The notes: a model not told the origin generated them from the letters alone. Shown: positions 47,798 to 59,387, counted from the whole stretch's first letter. The stretch: DNA of 63,954 nucleotides, filler included, from Licmophora abbreviata (GCA_900291995.1; 8 parts of 8 records of this genome joined end to end with filler, not necessarily neighbours in it); one strand, 5' to 3'. Translations and numbers: made by a program.

Positions 47798-49086
47798 TTA
47801 GAGCTCATCGTTTGCTTGTTCTACAATTGGATAAATCTCTCCTTGCACATAATCCACTCTGTACCCAATCTCGTGGAGGGACTTTGTGACTTCATCCACT
47901 GTGAAGTGATAATTGATGCGAGCCGTGTCGTTCCCCACCCCAAATCGTACCGTTCTTTTGCACTTGAACGGAGGACCGTACTTTTTGAGTTGCCTGGCGG
48001 TGGGACGATTCTTTTCTGCATGTCGGACTGCTCTTCGAATACCATCCCAAAACCGCTGTTCTGCGTCCTTGGCTTCCTTCAACTCTTCTTGAGAATACGA
48101 ACACTCGTCACCCGTCTCGCCGTTCTCACTGCGACACTTTCTTGACACCAAATCCAACACGGCAGTCCGATCCTCATCTTGCACGCCCGCCCACAAGGCC
48201 AAACTCTCTGGAAAGTTCGTCACTTGCGTACCGTCGGTCATGGTACGGATGGGCGGACTGGGAACATGACTGTCGTGAAACCACACGGCCGTCACGAGTG
48301 GCACTGCCACATGTTCCAAATCAGTCTTTTGTTGTCGATGTATTTCACCTCGTACAAAATCCTTGACGACTTTGTAGTCATCATCATCGTCGTCGTCGTC
48401 TCCGCGCAGTTCCAGTTGACCCGTGTCGGGTGTAATACTGAGAAAACGTGGTTCGTGGTTGAGGACACTCATGACTTGCCTTGCATCGATAAGGTATATC
48501 CAATACTCGTTGGCATGTTCGTGACATCCACTGGCAAAGACATTACTGTTAATCAGAGGCTGACCGGGGTCGTACTGTGTGTAATTTATAGAATCATACA
48601 AAATACAAATCAGCATCATCAAATATTATAGGACACAGTAGACTGATGCAGACGAGAGATCGTACCGTGTACTGTCTCCAACCCTCCTGCATGACATCGA
48701 GAAATGCCTTGTAGCCTCTCACGAGCGAGCGTCCGAGAAAGATCGCCCTAGATTCATCTTGTTGTCCAGCGTGATAGTCGAGATTGGCTAATAATGATGA
48801 AATGGTGCACGATGATGTATAGTTTTGATGTCAGTTATTCGGAGATTTATGACGACGTGAGATCAGTTTTGAGTGAGTGTTAGGGAGAGTGCGCGTACGA
48901 CTTAGTGTGTGTGGAAGTTGCTTCCCGATAGTGCTTACCATGATCTGGAAAACCGTCTTGCAAGCCGCCGCTCACACCCACCAAGAGGTACTGACGGTCT
49001 TCATCGGGGACAGCCCTCGTCGTCGTTCCAAGCGAACCCCACACAAAGATGACGAGCCAAAGGAAGTGAGTGGGATTACGTCTCAT
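47798..49086 (-). CDS. Unknown ER-lumen protein (signal peptide + C-terminal NDEL); exons 49086-48939, 48787-48666, 48574-47798
   Basis: Signal MRRNPTHFLWLVIFVWGSLGTTTRA. Two GT-AG introns give a ~348-aa product ending ANDEL. Confidence 0.7.
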
Positions 49087-49357
49087 GGTAAACGAGTGAA
49101 TTGCTTTTGCTGAAGCCTAGAATAAGCGCTGCGATGACTTCAGTTTGTGAGGGCGACTTCCATCATGGTCATCAGCAACGATGAGAGTGTTTTGATGTGC
49201 GTGGTGAAACCTTTCAAACTTTGGATCTTTGGATCTTTCCCATTCCTACTCAAGATTGGCGTACAATTCAGTACTGAGAAAGATCTTTTTCCAAATTCCA
49301 AAATTGACAAAAAGATTCTTCCATAACTTGTTCGGAACCAACACATTAACACATCAC

Positions 49358-50241
49358 ATGGTCACCATGACTTCCTCCACTGCTACGACAGTCGAACTCG
49401 ACATGGAGCCCCACAAGGGGGCCATTGATCTCTCCACGACGGCGCTTATCATCATTGATATGCAGGTGAGCGAGAATCGTACCAAGAGGAAACAAAGCGC
49501 TCTTACGCACAGTACACGCGCGCAAGTCACACGTGTTCGTGTGTACTGAGTACATCTTATCGCTGCTTACAGCAACCGCGTGTCTGACGCATCCCCATTC
49601 TTCTTCTTTTTGTGTCTTTCAACACACAGCGCGACTTTCTGGAAGAGGATGGGTTTGGCGATGTTCTGGGGAACGACGTGAGCAAACTGCAGCGCGCAGT
49701 GGCTCCCTGCAAGGCCCTCTTGGACACGGCCCGTGCATCCAAAAGCCTTGGTCTCATTCTTCATACGCGAGAAGGACATCGGGCCGATATGGCTGACGTG
49801 CATCCGCATAAGAATAATAAGAGGGATGCAGAGGGGAAAGTCCTCAAGAGTATTGGCGAAAAGGGACCGATGGGGCGTATTTTAATTCGGGGGGAGCCGG
49901 GACATGACATTATTCCAGAACTGTATCCGATGGCAGGTGAACCGGTAGTGGACAAGCCTGGAAAGGGATCGTTCTATGCAACGGATCTAGAGGCCATCTT
50001 GTCGGTCCACAAAATTACGACCTTGTTGGTCTGCGGTGTGACGACGGAGGTGTGCGTACACACGACGATTCGGGAAGCCAACGATCGGGGCTTTCATTGT
50101 ATAGCGGTCAGCGACTGCTGTGCTTCCTACATTGACGAGTTTCATCGCGTGGCCATGACTATGATTTCGGCGCAGAACGGATTGTTCGGAAGTGTTACAG
50201 ACTCGGAAAAGGTCATCAAGGCGTTGTCCACAGAAAGTTGA
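49358..50241 (+). CDS. trtA: Triuret hydrolase-like cysteine hydrolase; exons 49358-49465, 49630-50241
   Basis: [54 protein letters not shown] and AQNGLFG. TrtA-type rather than BiuH-type signature. Confidence 0.82.
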
Positions 50242-50483
50242 AAAAGGGAGTTGGACGCTTTCTTGAATTTAGCGCTCTTCCACGATGACCTGCGACTACC
50301 GCTGCCCACTGCTCGTAGTCGACATTCGAAAGCTCAACTATGTAATAACATTCATTGATTTATTGCCGCCATGACTTTAACTGTGTCATGAGTGTGCTAA
50401 GATGGTCTAGTACCGGCACTGGTAAATATACCACTGCATCCATTGCCCTCCATGCACGAGTCATACTATCATACTTCCACTTG

Positions 50484-52292
50484 TTACTTGGAAAAGTTGC
50501 TTTGGATGCGAGACAATATATAGTCGCCCGCGGTAATGGGTTCGTGTACTCCATCCGTTTCAATCAATGCCGACTGGTCCGCCTGTGCAAAGAACGCAAT
50601 ACTATAACGCGATGATGGCGGTGTACACTCTTCCGGAGTTGGCATTCGCACACGGTGCAAATTGGAATACAACCTACCGTTGCTCCACCTGGCCAACATG
50701 TCTCCAATGTTCACAGCGATGCCTCCCTCGATCGGATCAATCGGCGTCCAGCGAGCTCCTTCGTTCGACGAAGGATCGCGACGTGGGTTCGAGCAGCATT
50801 CTAGACCGGCTTGACCGACACGTTGGAAGAGCAGCGTGACGCAGGTCCAGTCCGTGTGAGGCCCTGCGCGCCAAAAGATGCGACCGTCGTCGTCGGGCGT
50901 CGTCATTTTCTTGGCCGTCTCGGCATCCATGGGCGTGTAATGAAGCATGCGAAGTGTGCACTGGCCGTCTGGGGCCCATAGACTGTGATCAACGAAAACA
51001 TGGAATGCAGTAAGCTCATGTGGACAAACATGCGGCATGCAAGTCATGCATAAGTACACAAACATTCACACTTACTTGTGCGCCCTCGAGAGTGTTCCAG
51101 GCTTCAAATTGGGACAAGCACGACTTTCCAAGAGGTCCATGAGGCGTTGTGCAACTTTGTGCGTCTTGGTCGCAAGGCCCTCTGCGGCCGAACGAAAGTT
51201 GTCCGGGGCAGTGGGCCACCGGCCGTCCATGACTCCCTCGCGAAACGTAACTTGCATGCTCTCCTTTTGATCGGCTGTTCCTGTGGAAGGACGAACCTGC
51301 GACATCTGTATACGAATACACAGAAAAGCAGAATGTCAGAGTCAAAAAGAGAAGAACTCTCATCCGATGAAAGAGGCCATAAGCAGAGCATACTCGTATG
51401 ATAGTTCCATCTGTCGGCACACACGTACATATTCATACCCCGCATTCAAGTTACGCGCAAAGGGAGACATGGCTTCCTTATCACTCTGCGCAAAGAATCC
51501 AGCCGACGCTTCAAAGGCTGCATCAATGTCGCTCTGCGGAATCCCATGTCCCGTGAGACTGAAGAATCCGACCGTCGTGGCGGCCTTCCAAAGCTGCTGG
51601 GCGATTTCGTCGTCGGTTCCTTTGGACATGTCGATGACAGGAACTGCGTAGTCGTCGTCGCCAGGGACAGCAGCAGCGGCAGCTCCAAGTCCGCTTGCAA
51701 AGAGAGAGCGCTCTGTTTCAATGTCGGCGTTGGCTTGAGACTTGCAGTTGTTGATATTCTCAACATGAGTCTGACATCCTTTCCAGATCCCGCTTTCCTT
51801 GTGAACTTGCATCGCTTCGTCACTAAGCATCGACACGACTTCCATAGGACGCGTCCCCTCCCTTCCCATGGCATAGAGCTGCTCCACTGGGATATCGAAT
51901 CCCCCCGGTCCTGACAATCGCGACAGTTCTTCCGAGGATGCTCCGTAGACCACCCGACTCACACCGGACCAGTAAATCGCACCCGCACACATGACACAGG
52001 GTTCCGTCGACGCGTAGAGTGTACAAGTCTTCCGCTCTACTCGTTCGGAATCAACAGCGGACGCCATCAAGCGCACCGCCTCGACCTCTGCATGACGAGT
52101 GACGTCTCCCGTCCCACCTCGTTCTTTCTTGGCCTTGGATTGATTGTGACATGCGACAAGGACGTTTCCGTCCTGGTCGGCCAAGACGGCGCCAAAGGGC
52201 ATGTTGCCACGTTCGACGGCCTTTTGACTTTCGGCAATGGCCTGGCGAAGGCAGGCTTCATCGTAGGGCCTAGAAGAAGTCGTAGATGACAT
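50484..52292 (-). CDS. Fusion of a cytidine/guanine-deaminase-family Zn domain and a 2OG-Fe(II) dioxygenase (DIOX_N + 2OG-FeII_Oxy); exons 52292-51429, 51305-51076, 50982-50484 (~530 aa)
   Basis: PFGAVL, HAE and STEPCVMC, followed in the same exon by VPVIDM..GFFSLTGHGI. Later HTD, NIGDMLARWSNG, LHRV and RYS. Confidence 0.88.
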
Positions 52293-52738
52293 GCTTCTTG
52301 TCAACAGCAACGCAAATAAGGGAGCAGAACAAGCACAGCACGACAGCCGACAGTCAAGTCCCACCTTGATTTTTGCAATGGAAGACTTCAAATTGACTTC
52401 ACTTTTTCTTCCGAAAGTGTCGTCGAAGTTTGTGAAGGAGTTTGAAGTTTGAGAATTGCGACATCGAGCATGACGTCATGCACGAACACCCATCGTTCGA
52501 GCTCGTATGATATGATAAAGCCCGTGGTAATGGCGTGACTCACTCGACTCGAAACTCTACGTCACTCGTGACTGACTCGTGAATAGGTGTTACGTCGGGC
52601 GCGCGCGCAGTCGCGCCTGTCTCAAATTGAAAATCTCCACAAAATCAAAAATTCACAAAACACCTTCTCAACAATCATTGCAATCAAGCATGGATGTGAT
52701 GTGTCGATGGTCCAAAAGCAGCAGCGCAGCATTACCCC

Positions 52739-55700
52739 ATGTCGTCTTCGAATCATCATCGCCGCCTTCCTCATCACAATCAGAATAGGGATCGAGGTCC
52801 TCGTCCTGATCGTCCTAAATCGTACCAGTCTTCGAATTATTTTAATTCTTATTCCAATCAGAGAGAAATTCACTCCTCCGTGCATCATCGAAACAACGAC
52901 GACTACGGGTACCAAGGACAACAACGACAAAGTAATGTTTGCCGTCCTGACGAGGTCCGCTCTTTTCCTCCGGATCGCTACCCTAGCAATGCAGTAGCAT
53001 CAGCACACGAGACTCGTCGTCGACGCACTCCACCACATGAAGATCGTGTACGAAGAAGAAGCAGTCATCATAACGCGACGGGTCATGGCGACCGTGGAAG
53101 CACTACTGTCGCTACTGCTGCTAGCTTGTCTACACGAAGGTCAAGATGGTCGTCATCCTCCTTCAATGGAGGCGACCACCGCCATCACTCAGGAACAGCC
53201 TCCTTGACGGAAGAGGAAGAAGCTGTTGCGAGGGGTACTGGAAAACGGTGTCGTCTACAATGTCATACTAGTACTAGTACCGAAGAACGGAACGAATCAG
53301 AACCACTAGACGAATTTGGTCGACGCTTGATTCGTCCTCCTAGAAACACTGGTTTGAAGGTGTCGTTGTCGAGAGAGATTGGATCGACGACAAGACTACC
53401 GTCAACGGAACAAGTCATGAGCTCTACTAGCATTGATGACCAGCTGCAACAAGACGTGCCTGTCACGACGGATGATGCTCCCATGAACAATGTGGACATC
53501 GATGACGATGGCAATGATACGCCTGACGGAGGAGAACATGGACACGACGAGCAAACAATAGGAACGGCGGCCGCTGTGGCGGAACAAGGCTGCCCCTTCT
53601 TTTACAATGAAACAGATGGAAAGCCCATGGCATTTTGCTGCGCCAAGTGTCGATGCAGTCCAGAACAACGAACCTTGTTTACAGACGCAATTTCAGTGGC
53701 GGAGGACGAAAATTACTACTATCATCGCCACTGCTGTCACAAGATCAATGAGATGGGAGCGACGCCTTTGCAAAAGGTCTTGGATAGAATCAATGAGCAA
53801 TATGAAAAGGAAGACTTCCACGGCCAATATCCGGCACCCAAGCCAAAGCTTAATGCCATTTCCGAGAGCACGCTGAAGAGAGAATACATTCGAAAACTCA
53901 AGAAGGAGCAGACCAAGTCGGAAAACAATGACGAAGATGCGGATCCTGCAATGCTGCTCGAGACGAATGAACAGTATAATAAGAACCGTCAAAACTTTTC
54001 CAAGGTTGCGAAAGAGCGTGAGAATGATCGTCGTCCAGCTGTAGTATTGGACGCGTTTGCCGGGGTGGGGGCTGCATTGGTCGTGCTCAAGCGTCTCCAG
54101 ATTGCCATGTCCAAGGTTATTCATGTCGAACATGACAAGATTGCAACTCATGTAGCTCGGCATGGTCACGATTATCTGTATAATCCGAAGCTGCAGGACG
54201 ATGGGATTGAGCACGTGTTTTTGCCCAAGTTTGAAGACATCGACGGCGACGTCGATCAGTTTCTGGAGGATTATGGGCGTACGTACCGTTGTTGTGTTGT
54301 GTTGCACCTTGTTGGAGTGACAAGTTTTTGTTTTTGGGGTGGTTTTGGTCTCAAACTCTTTGTACAAACTCTCTCTCTCTCTCTCCTCAGCGATCGACAT
54401 TATTATCGGAGGCCCCCCATGTACGGACTATTCAGCTATAAATGCCAATGCCCAGGGACCCCAGGGCGCTCAAGGGCAGTTCTTGCCTCGCTTCGCCGAC
54501 TTTATTCAGAATGTTCAGGCGAAACAACCGGATCACCCTGTCTACTATTTGATTGAAAATGTCGTATTCATGGACGGACTTGACAACTACAATCTTATCG
54601 AGAATATCACAGGCGTTGTGGAGACGAAACAAGACGCTCTTTACTTTTCTCCGTGTCGAAGACTGAGATCTTTTTGGATCAATGTACGGTAGACAAGTGC
54701 TGATGTATATGTGTCTCAAATTGGAATGCTTGTCTTTTGCTCATCAATCCATTGTTTCTTCGTTTCAGTTTCCTCTCAACGTGGCTTCGCGCGGATTTGA
54801 GGAGTCCGTCCCGCTTCGTCCAAGCTCCTGCTTGCAGGATGGGTGGCAGTTTCCGGGAGAAGGCGTGGAAGAGATCGTACTGTGTAAAGTCAATACGTTC
54901 ATGGCATCGAAAAGCCGTATCAATGACGACCGAATGGTCAAAGTCAGACCCCGTCCTGACGGCAAGTATGNNNNNNNNNNNNNNNNNNNNNNNNNNNNNN
55001 NNNNNNNNNNNNNNTTAATTAATTAANNNNNNNNNNNNNNNNNNNNNNNNNNNNNNNNNNNNNNNNNNNNAGTCAGACCCCGTCCTGACGGCAAGTATGA
55101 ACGAGCCCACTTTTCTGTTCTGGAAAGAGAGCGAATGATGGGATTCCCGGAGGGATACGTCCAAGGCGCGGGTACGTGACGACACGTTTTGAATATGCAT
55201 GCCGTGCGCTTGAGTGGAATTGTAAAGAGACTCATGTGTGTTACTTCTACTACTTTTGCTTTCCCTCCACTCAGTTGCGCACCTGTTCGACGAGCTGTTT
55301 CACAAGGCGCTGGATGTAATGCCATTGCCCGATGAAAGTAAACCCGAGACTCTTTGGAAGAATCGTCTGGATCCAAAGTTTTTTTGTTTCTCGGGAGAAC
55401 CAGTCAAATATGAGGAAGCATACAATGAGAGTGAACAGATCCCCTACGTTCGCGTCCTCATGAGTCCTCCACAAGTCACGGCAACCGTAAGTAGACTAGT
55501 TTGTATCTGGCAATGTTCGTAGTTTGACGATTGAATCTTTTCTCACCGTGTTCTAACGCTCCTTGGCTACAACAGCGGAACTTTTTCAATGCAGAGGACT
55601 ATTCGAAACACCTGCTCGGAAACTCTTTTTCTATTCCAGTCGTCGAATACCTGTTGAAGAATCTCTGCGACATCTTTGCAACGCGCGCATACGACGTCTA

Positions 55701-55779
55701 TAGCTATCCATATCGTTGGGAAACCAACAACAACGAGATCGCGGACGCTGCAACTGAGGGAGTAATGCCTGATGGGTAG
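52739..55779 (+). CDS. DNMT3: C5 DNA cytosine methyltransferase, DNMT3-like; introns 54279-54390, 54684-54768, 55172-55274, 55487-55575; spans a gap
   Basis: Motif I LDAFAGVG, IV GGPPC, VI IENV, VIII RRLRSFWIN, IX ERERMMGFPEGY, X LLGNSFS. Confidence 0.85.
54971..55070. other. Assembly gap linker (artefact; flanks overlap by 29 bp)
   Basis: 54942-54970 is identical to 55071-55099. Confidence 0.97.
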
Positions 55780-56021
55780 ACTACAGTCAATGCAATAAGA
55801 AGGTCGAAACACCGCCTCTATGATAGCATGTGTAGCCCTACATTCGGCATGGATGGAACCTTGTTTGGATGGTGCATCTTCTAGGCTTCCTGTAGACCTG
55901 TCAGAGGCTCAAACTCTGTCTTTCGTATAAGGGCGCGAACAGCAATCGGTTGGATACCACGAGCGGCTGCTCAATGGTCCTGCGTCGTCAAATCACCGCA
56001 TGATCAAACGCACACAAACGA

Positions 56022-56900
56022 CTACTTCATCGCAGGCCCCGCCACGTTGTTGTATCCACCATCGACATGATATGTTTGTCCTGTAATTCCAGACGCCGAA
56101 GCCAAGAATGTCACCGTGTCAGCCACCTCCTGCGCCGTCACATTGCGTTTCAACGGAGCTCGTTCCTCCATATCCTGTCGCATGTCGGAGAATCCCTGAA
56201 TGCCCCGTGCCGCCAGTGTATTCAGCGGTCCCGCACTAACGCAATTGACACGAACGCCAGCACTATCACGACCACTCCCTAGTTCCAAGGCAAGTCCTCT
56301 TACGATGGCTTCTAAGGACGCCTTCGCGGGTCCCATGACGTTGTAGTTTTGCACGGCTCGGGTCGCTCCCAAATAGGACAGAGCCGTCAGTGACGACAAC
56401 GAGGAGCTCGTAGTAGGACTAGCAGTCAGCAGCGTCAAGGATTCTCGGGCAAGTTCCAAGAAGGAATAGGCCGAGATTTCGTGTGCTTGCAAGAAATCTT
56501 CTCGGGACGTCTGCAGCAGACTTCCTTCCTTCATGCTTTCGGGTGGTGCATAGGCAATTGAATGGACAATGGCGTCGAGTGATGGTGGTACAGATGCTGA
56601 CGAGTGTACGTTGGAAAGCAATTCAGGAAGCTGCCCTCGAAAGACTAGCGGGAGATCCGTTGTGATATTGCACGGTAAGGCATGTAAGAATGGAGGGTCA
56701 TGACGGCCCTCTGATGCTGCCTGCTGCTTCTTCTTCTGTTCGGTGATAAGCCTCTCGACTGCCGATCGAAAGCGGTCGTCGCGATAGGTGCACACGACGT
56801 TGTAGTCGTTCTGTAGAAGCGATTCGACGCAGGCCCACGCGACACTGCGTCCATTGGCGACTCCCATGACCAGGGCAGTCTTCCTATGAGCAACAGACAT
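56022..56900 (-). CDS. fabI: Enoyl-ACP reductase (FabI-type SDR)
   Basis: GVANGRSVAW, VHSIAYAP, ISAYSF, LSYLG..YNVMGPAKASLE and SAGP.NTLAA. Confidence 0.93.
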   Translation of the reverse strand: MSVAHRKTALVMGVANGRSVAWACVESLLQNDYNVVCTYRDDRFRSAVERLITEQKKKQQAASEGRHDPPFLHALPCNITTDLPLVFRGQLPELLSNVHSSASVPPSLDAIVHSIAYAPPESMKEGSLLQTSREDFLQAHEISAYSFLELARESLTLLTASPTTSSSLSSLTALSYLGATRAVQNYNVMGPAKASLEAIVRGLALELGSGRDSAGVRVNCVSAGPLNTLAARGIQGFSDMRQDMEERAPLKRNVTAQEVADTVTFLASASGITGQTYHVDGGYNNVAGPAMK

Positions 56901-56972
56901 GCAACAGAGCCAGTCGGGAGCGTAGGAACAGGATGGTCGACTCTAGAGAAAGTTGCTCTCAGTCTGAGAGCC

Positions 56973-57016
56973 TCAAAACTCAAAATCAAAACTGCAAAAC
57001 TCAAAACTCAAAACTG
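56973..57016. repeat. Degenerate TCAAAAC heptamer tandem repeat (~6 copies) upstream of fabI
   Basis: tcaaaactcaaaatcaaaactgcaaaactcaaaactcaaaactg. Confidence 0.8.
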
Positions 57017-57439
57017 AGAGTTTGTGACTGACTCGACTCGACTCCTTGGTGACCTGGTCTGTACGGCTGTCCAAGGGTCACACAAATTCCGGACTACGTA
57101 GACTTACTAGTCTATCCGAGCATCGACGGTGGCGAGATATCGCGATGGTATCGTAGTCAAGGTTCCGACCGCAGTCACTGCATTTCATTTACTCGCACTC
57201 CTGAAGTCGTACTACACTAGATTGAGGGTCAGTAGGTCCATGCTATTTCTCTCTATTTGTATGGCGCTCGCTGGCTGACCTGATCTTCACATCCTTCGCT
57301 TGTACTCTTGCTTGAGAGTTGAGACGCATTCCGGCTTTCTACACAGTACGAGATGGATTCCTTTCTCTATGGATCCACTCGATTTGGCGCTCTCGTTCTG
57401 ACGCACATTCCCATGCACGCCACATATTCTTTCTCTCCA

Positions 57440-58291
57440 CTACTTTCCAGTCCCCAACATCCAACTGACAAGGAACCTCCACGTTACCAATACTGTCAAG
57501 CTATCAAAAATATAGTCCGCATCGGCCTTGCTCAATCCGTAGTTGACACAGTTCGGACAAATGATATGACTTCCCACAGCTAAAAGACACATTAAAACAC
57601 AGGTCGTAACCCACGTCTTGCCTGTCACCAGCAGTGCCCTGCTCGTATCACACTGCAGTGTATTGCGAAACAAAAAGGCTTGATGTATATATCCACTCAA
57701 CAGCCAACAGCTCGACAAGACGACGGACGCCAGTCCCGCAGTACCAATAGCGGGTGAATACGAGATCCCTTGCAATCCAAGGAGCGTCAATAAGTGTTCC
57801 GACGTCAATCCAGTACTCAAATGTGTCCCATCCCACCAAACGGGTACTTGAGACGCTAGTAGTCCATGTGAGGGGTCCAGCACGCTGGGATCGCCCATGT
57901 TGGACGTCACCATGTCAACGTACCACTCGTTGAGAGTATGGTCCATGAAAGAATAGACAAAGAGTGCCATGATATCGCCCGTCATGACCAATTGATCTTC
58001 TGGACTAGGCGGCAGGCGGTCTTTCCAGAATTTGGGCTTCTTCTCGTTGGGACTGGGCAAGTCGGACATGAACAAGCGTGTCGTAGAAGTAGAGCTTTGA
58101 TGTTTCTGTGCTGACACATTCCTTCTCGTAACGGTACTACTCAGCTGATGTTGTGACACTGGCACTACAAATGCAGCAACAGTACTTTTCGCCAGCGTCA
58201 TTGCGACAAACAAGAGCAAGAACCAGACGGACGGCGCCGCTACGCCGACGTGCGCGAAACGACGAGAGCAACCGCGTCCAGTCGTTCCCAT
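57440..58291 (-). CDS. Probable plastid-targeted small multi-TM protein of unknown function
   Basis: Signal peptide, VAA-FVVP and Ser/Thr-rich transit peptide; ~4 hydrophobic segments. Confidence 0.7.
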   Translation of the reverse strand: MGTTGRGCSRRFAHVGVAAPSVWFLLLFVAMTLAKSTVAAFVVPVSQHQLSSTVTRRNVSAQKHQSSTSTTRLFMSDLPSPNEKKPKFWKDRLPPSPEDQLVMTGDIMALFVYSFMDHTLNEWYVDMVTSNMGDPSVLDPSHGLLASQVPVWWDGTHLSTGLTSEHLLTLLGLQGISYSPAIGTAGLASVVLSSCWLLSGYIHQAFLFRNTLQCDTSRALLVTGKTWVTTCVLMCLLAVGSHIICPNCVNYGLSKADADYIFDSLTVLVTWRFLVSWMLGTGK

Positions 58292-58806
58292 GGCTGCTCT
58301 TGCTACTCTAGAGTCCTCTGCGGTGGCTGCAGAAGTGCACTCTAGACAGATGATGTTCTTGCTCCACTCTCTCTCTCTCTGGTGATGCATGCTGACACAT
58401 GCAGCTTGCGTGTCTTTGCGTGCCGACGTCATGAATTTCTGAATTCTGGCAGGAAAACAGTTGGCGCCAAAATGGATGGATTGCATTCACGTACACTTTC
58501 TACGGCGGTCTACGAAAGATCTGGCTCAAGTTTGGGCAAGTTTGGAGTTTGAGAATTGTGTTGAGTCCCGAGTACGACGTCTCCAGTGCAGCCACGATTA
58601 GATTGATTCCGCCGAACGCCCGCCCTGGTGGAATGACTGAAAGATCGCGATGAGCTAGACTATAGTATGAAACAGCGCAGTCTATCATATGAACTCTCTA
58701 TTAGCCCGCAGTACAGGGGAACACCGGTAGTTACGTTCATAGTATCGATGCCTAAACCTCTTCTATTTCTTCAGCAGCTAGTAGCTCCAGTAGAGAGACA
58801 TTGTCG

Positions 58807-59349
58807 TCATCTACCTACGTGTAACAATTCCAGGCAATGTTGAACGTCCCGTGAATCATCCCATCCGCCAAAGGCTGTCATAGCTTCTCTTTGTTGTTGT
58901 CCTTGTACTTGTTGTGCATACAGTTCGGTGCCATGAAACGACTGCAACAGGGTCCTTCCAGGGCGCCCTCGCAAGACTGCCGCATTCCTAGTACTCCCAA
59001 CACCATAGTGCATGCCCGTACTTCCAATGTGTTGTACTTGCGGTATACTCGGCATCAAGACGGCACTTGGAAGTTTCTGATTGTTGTTGTCTGCTGACAA
59101 TGCATGCACCAAACTCCAGTCCCAATTGTAATCATTGTAGGTACAATAGGCGTGCATCACACTGCTGCTGGCAGAGCCCGACGACACTAATTGGTGCAGC
59201 ATGTGCGTTGAAATCACCATGGGTCCACTGATAAATTCACCACGGACCCAAGCGTGTGGGAGCCGTCGTTGCACGAGGGGAGACAGGACAGCAGTGGGGT
59301 CCAGGGTAAGTCCAAGGAACAATGATTGATGTTGATTGTTGTGATTCTC

Positions 59350-59387
<38 letters not shown>

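Noticed and set aside
44098..52292. Bacterial contamination as the source of the biuH/trtA cluster
   Set aside because: All five genes have canonical spliceosomal introns and lie on the same contig as eukaryotic genes
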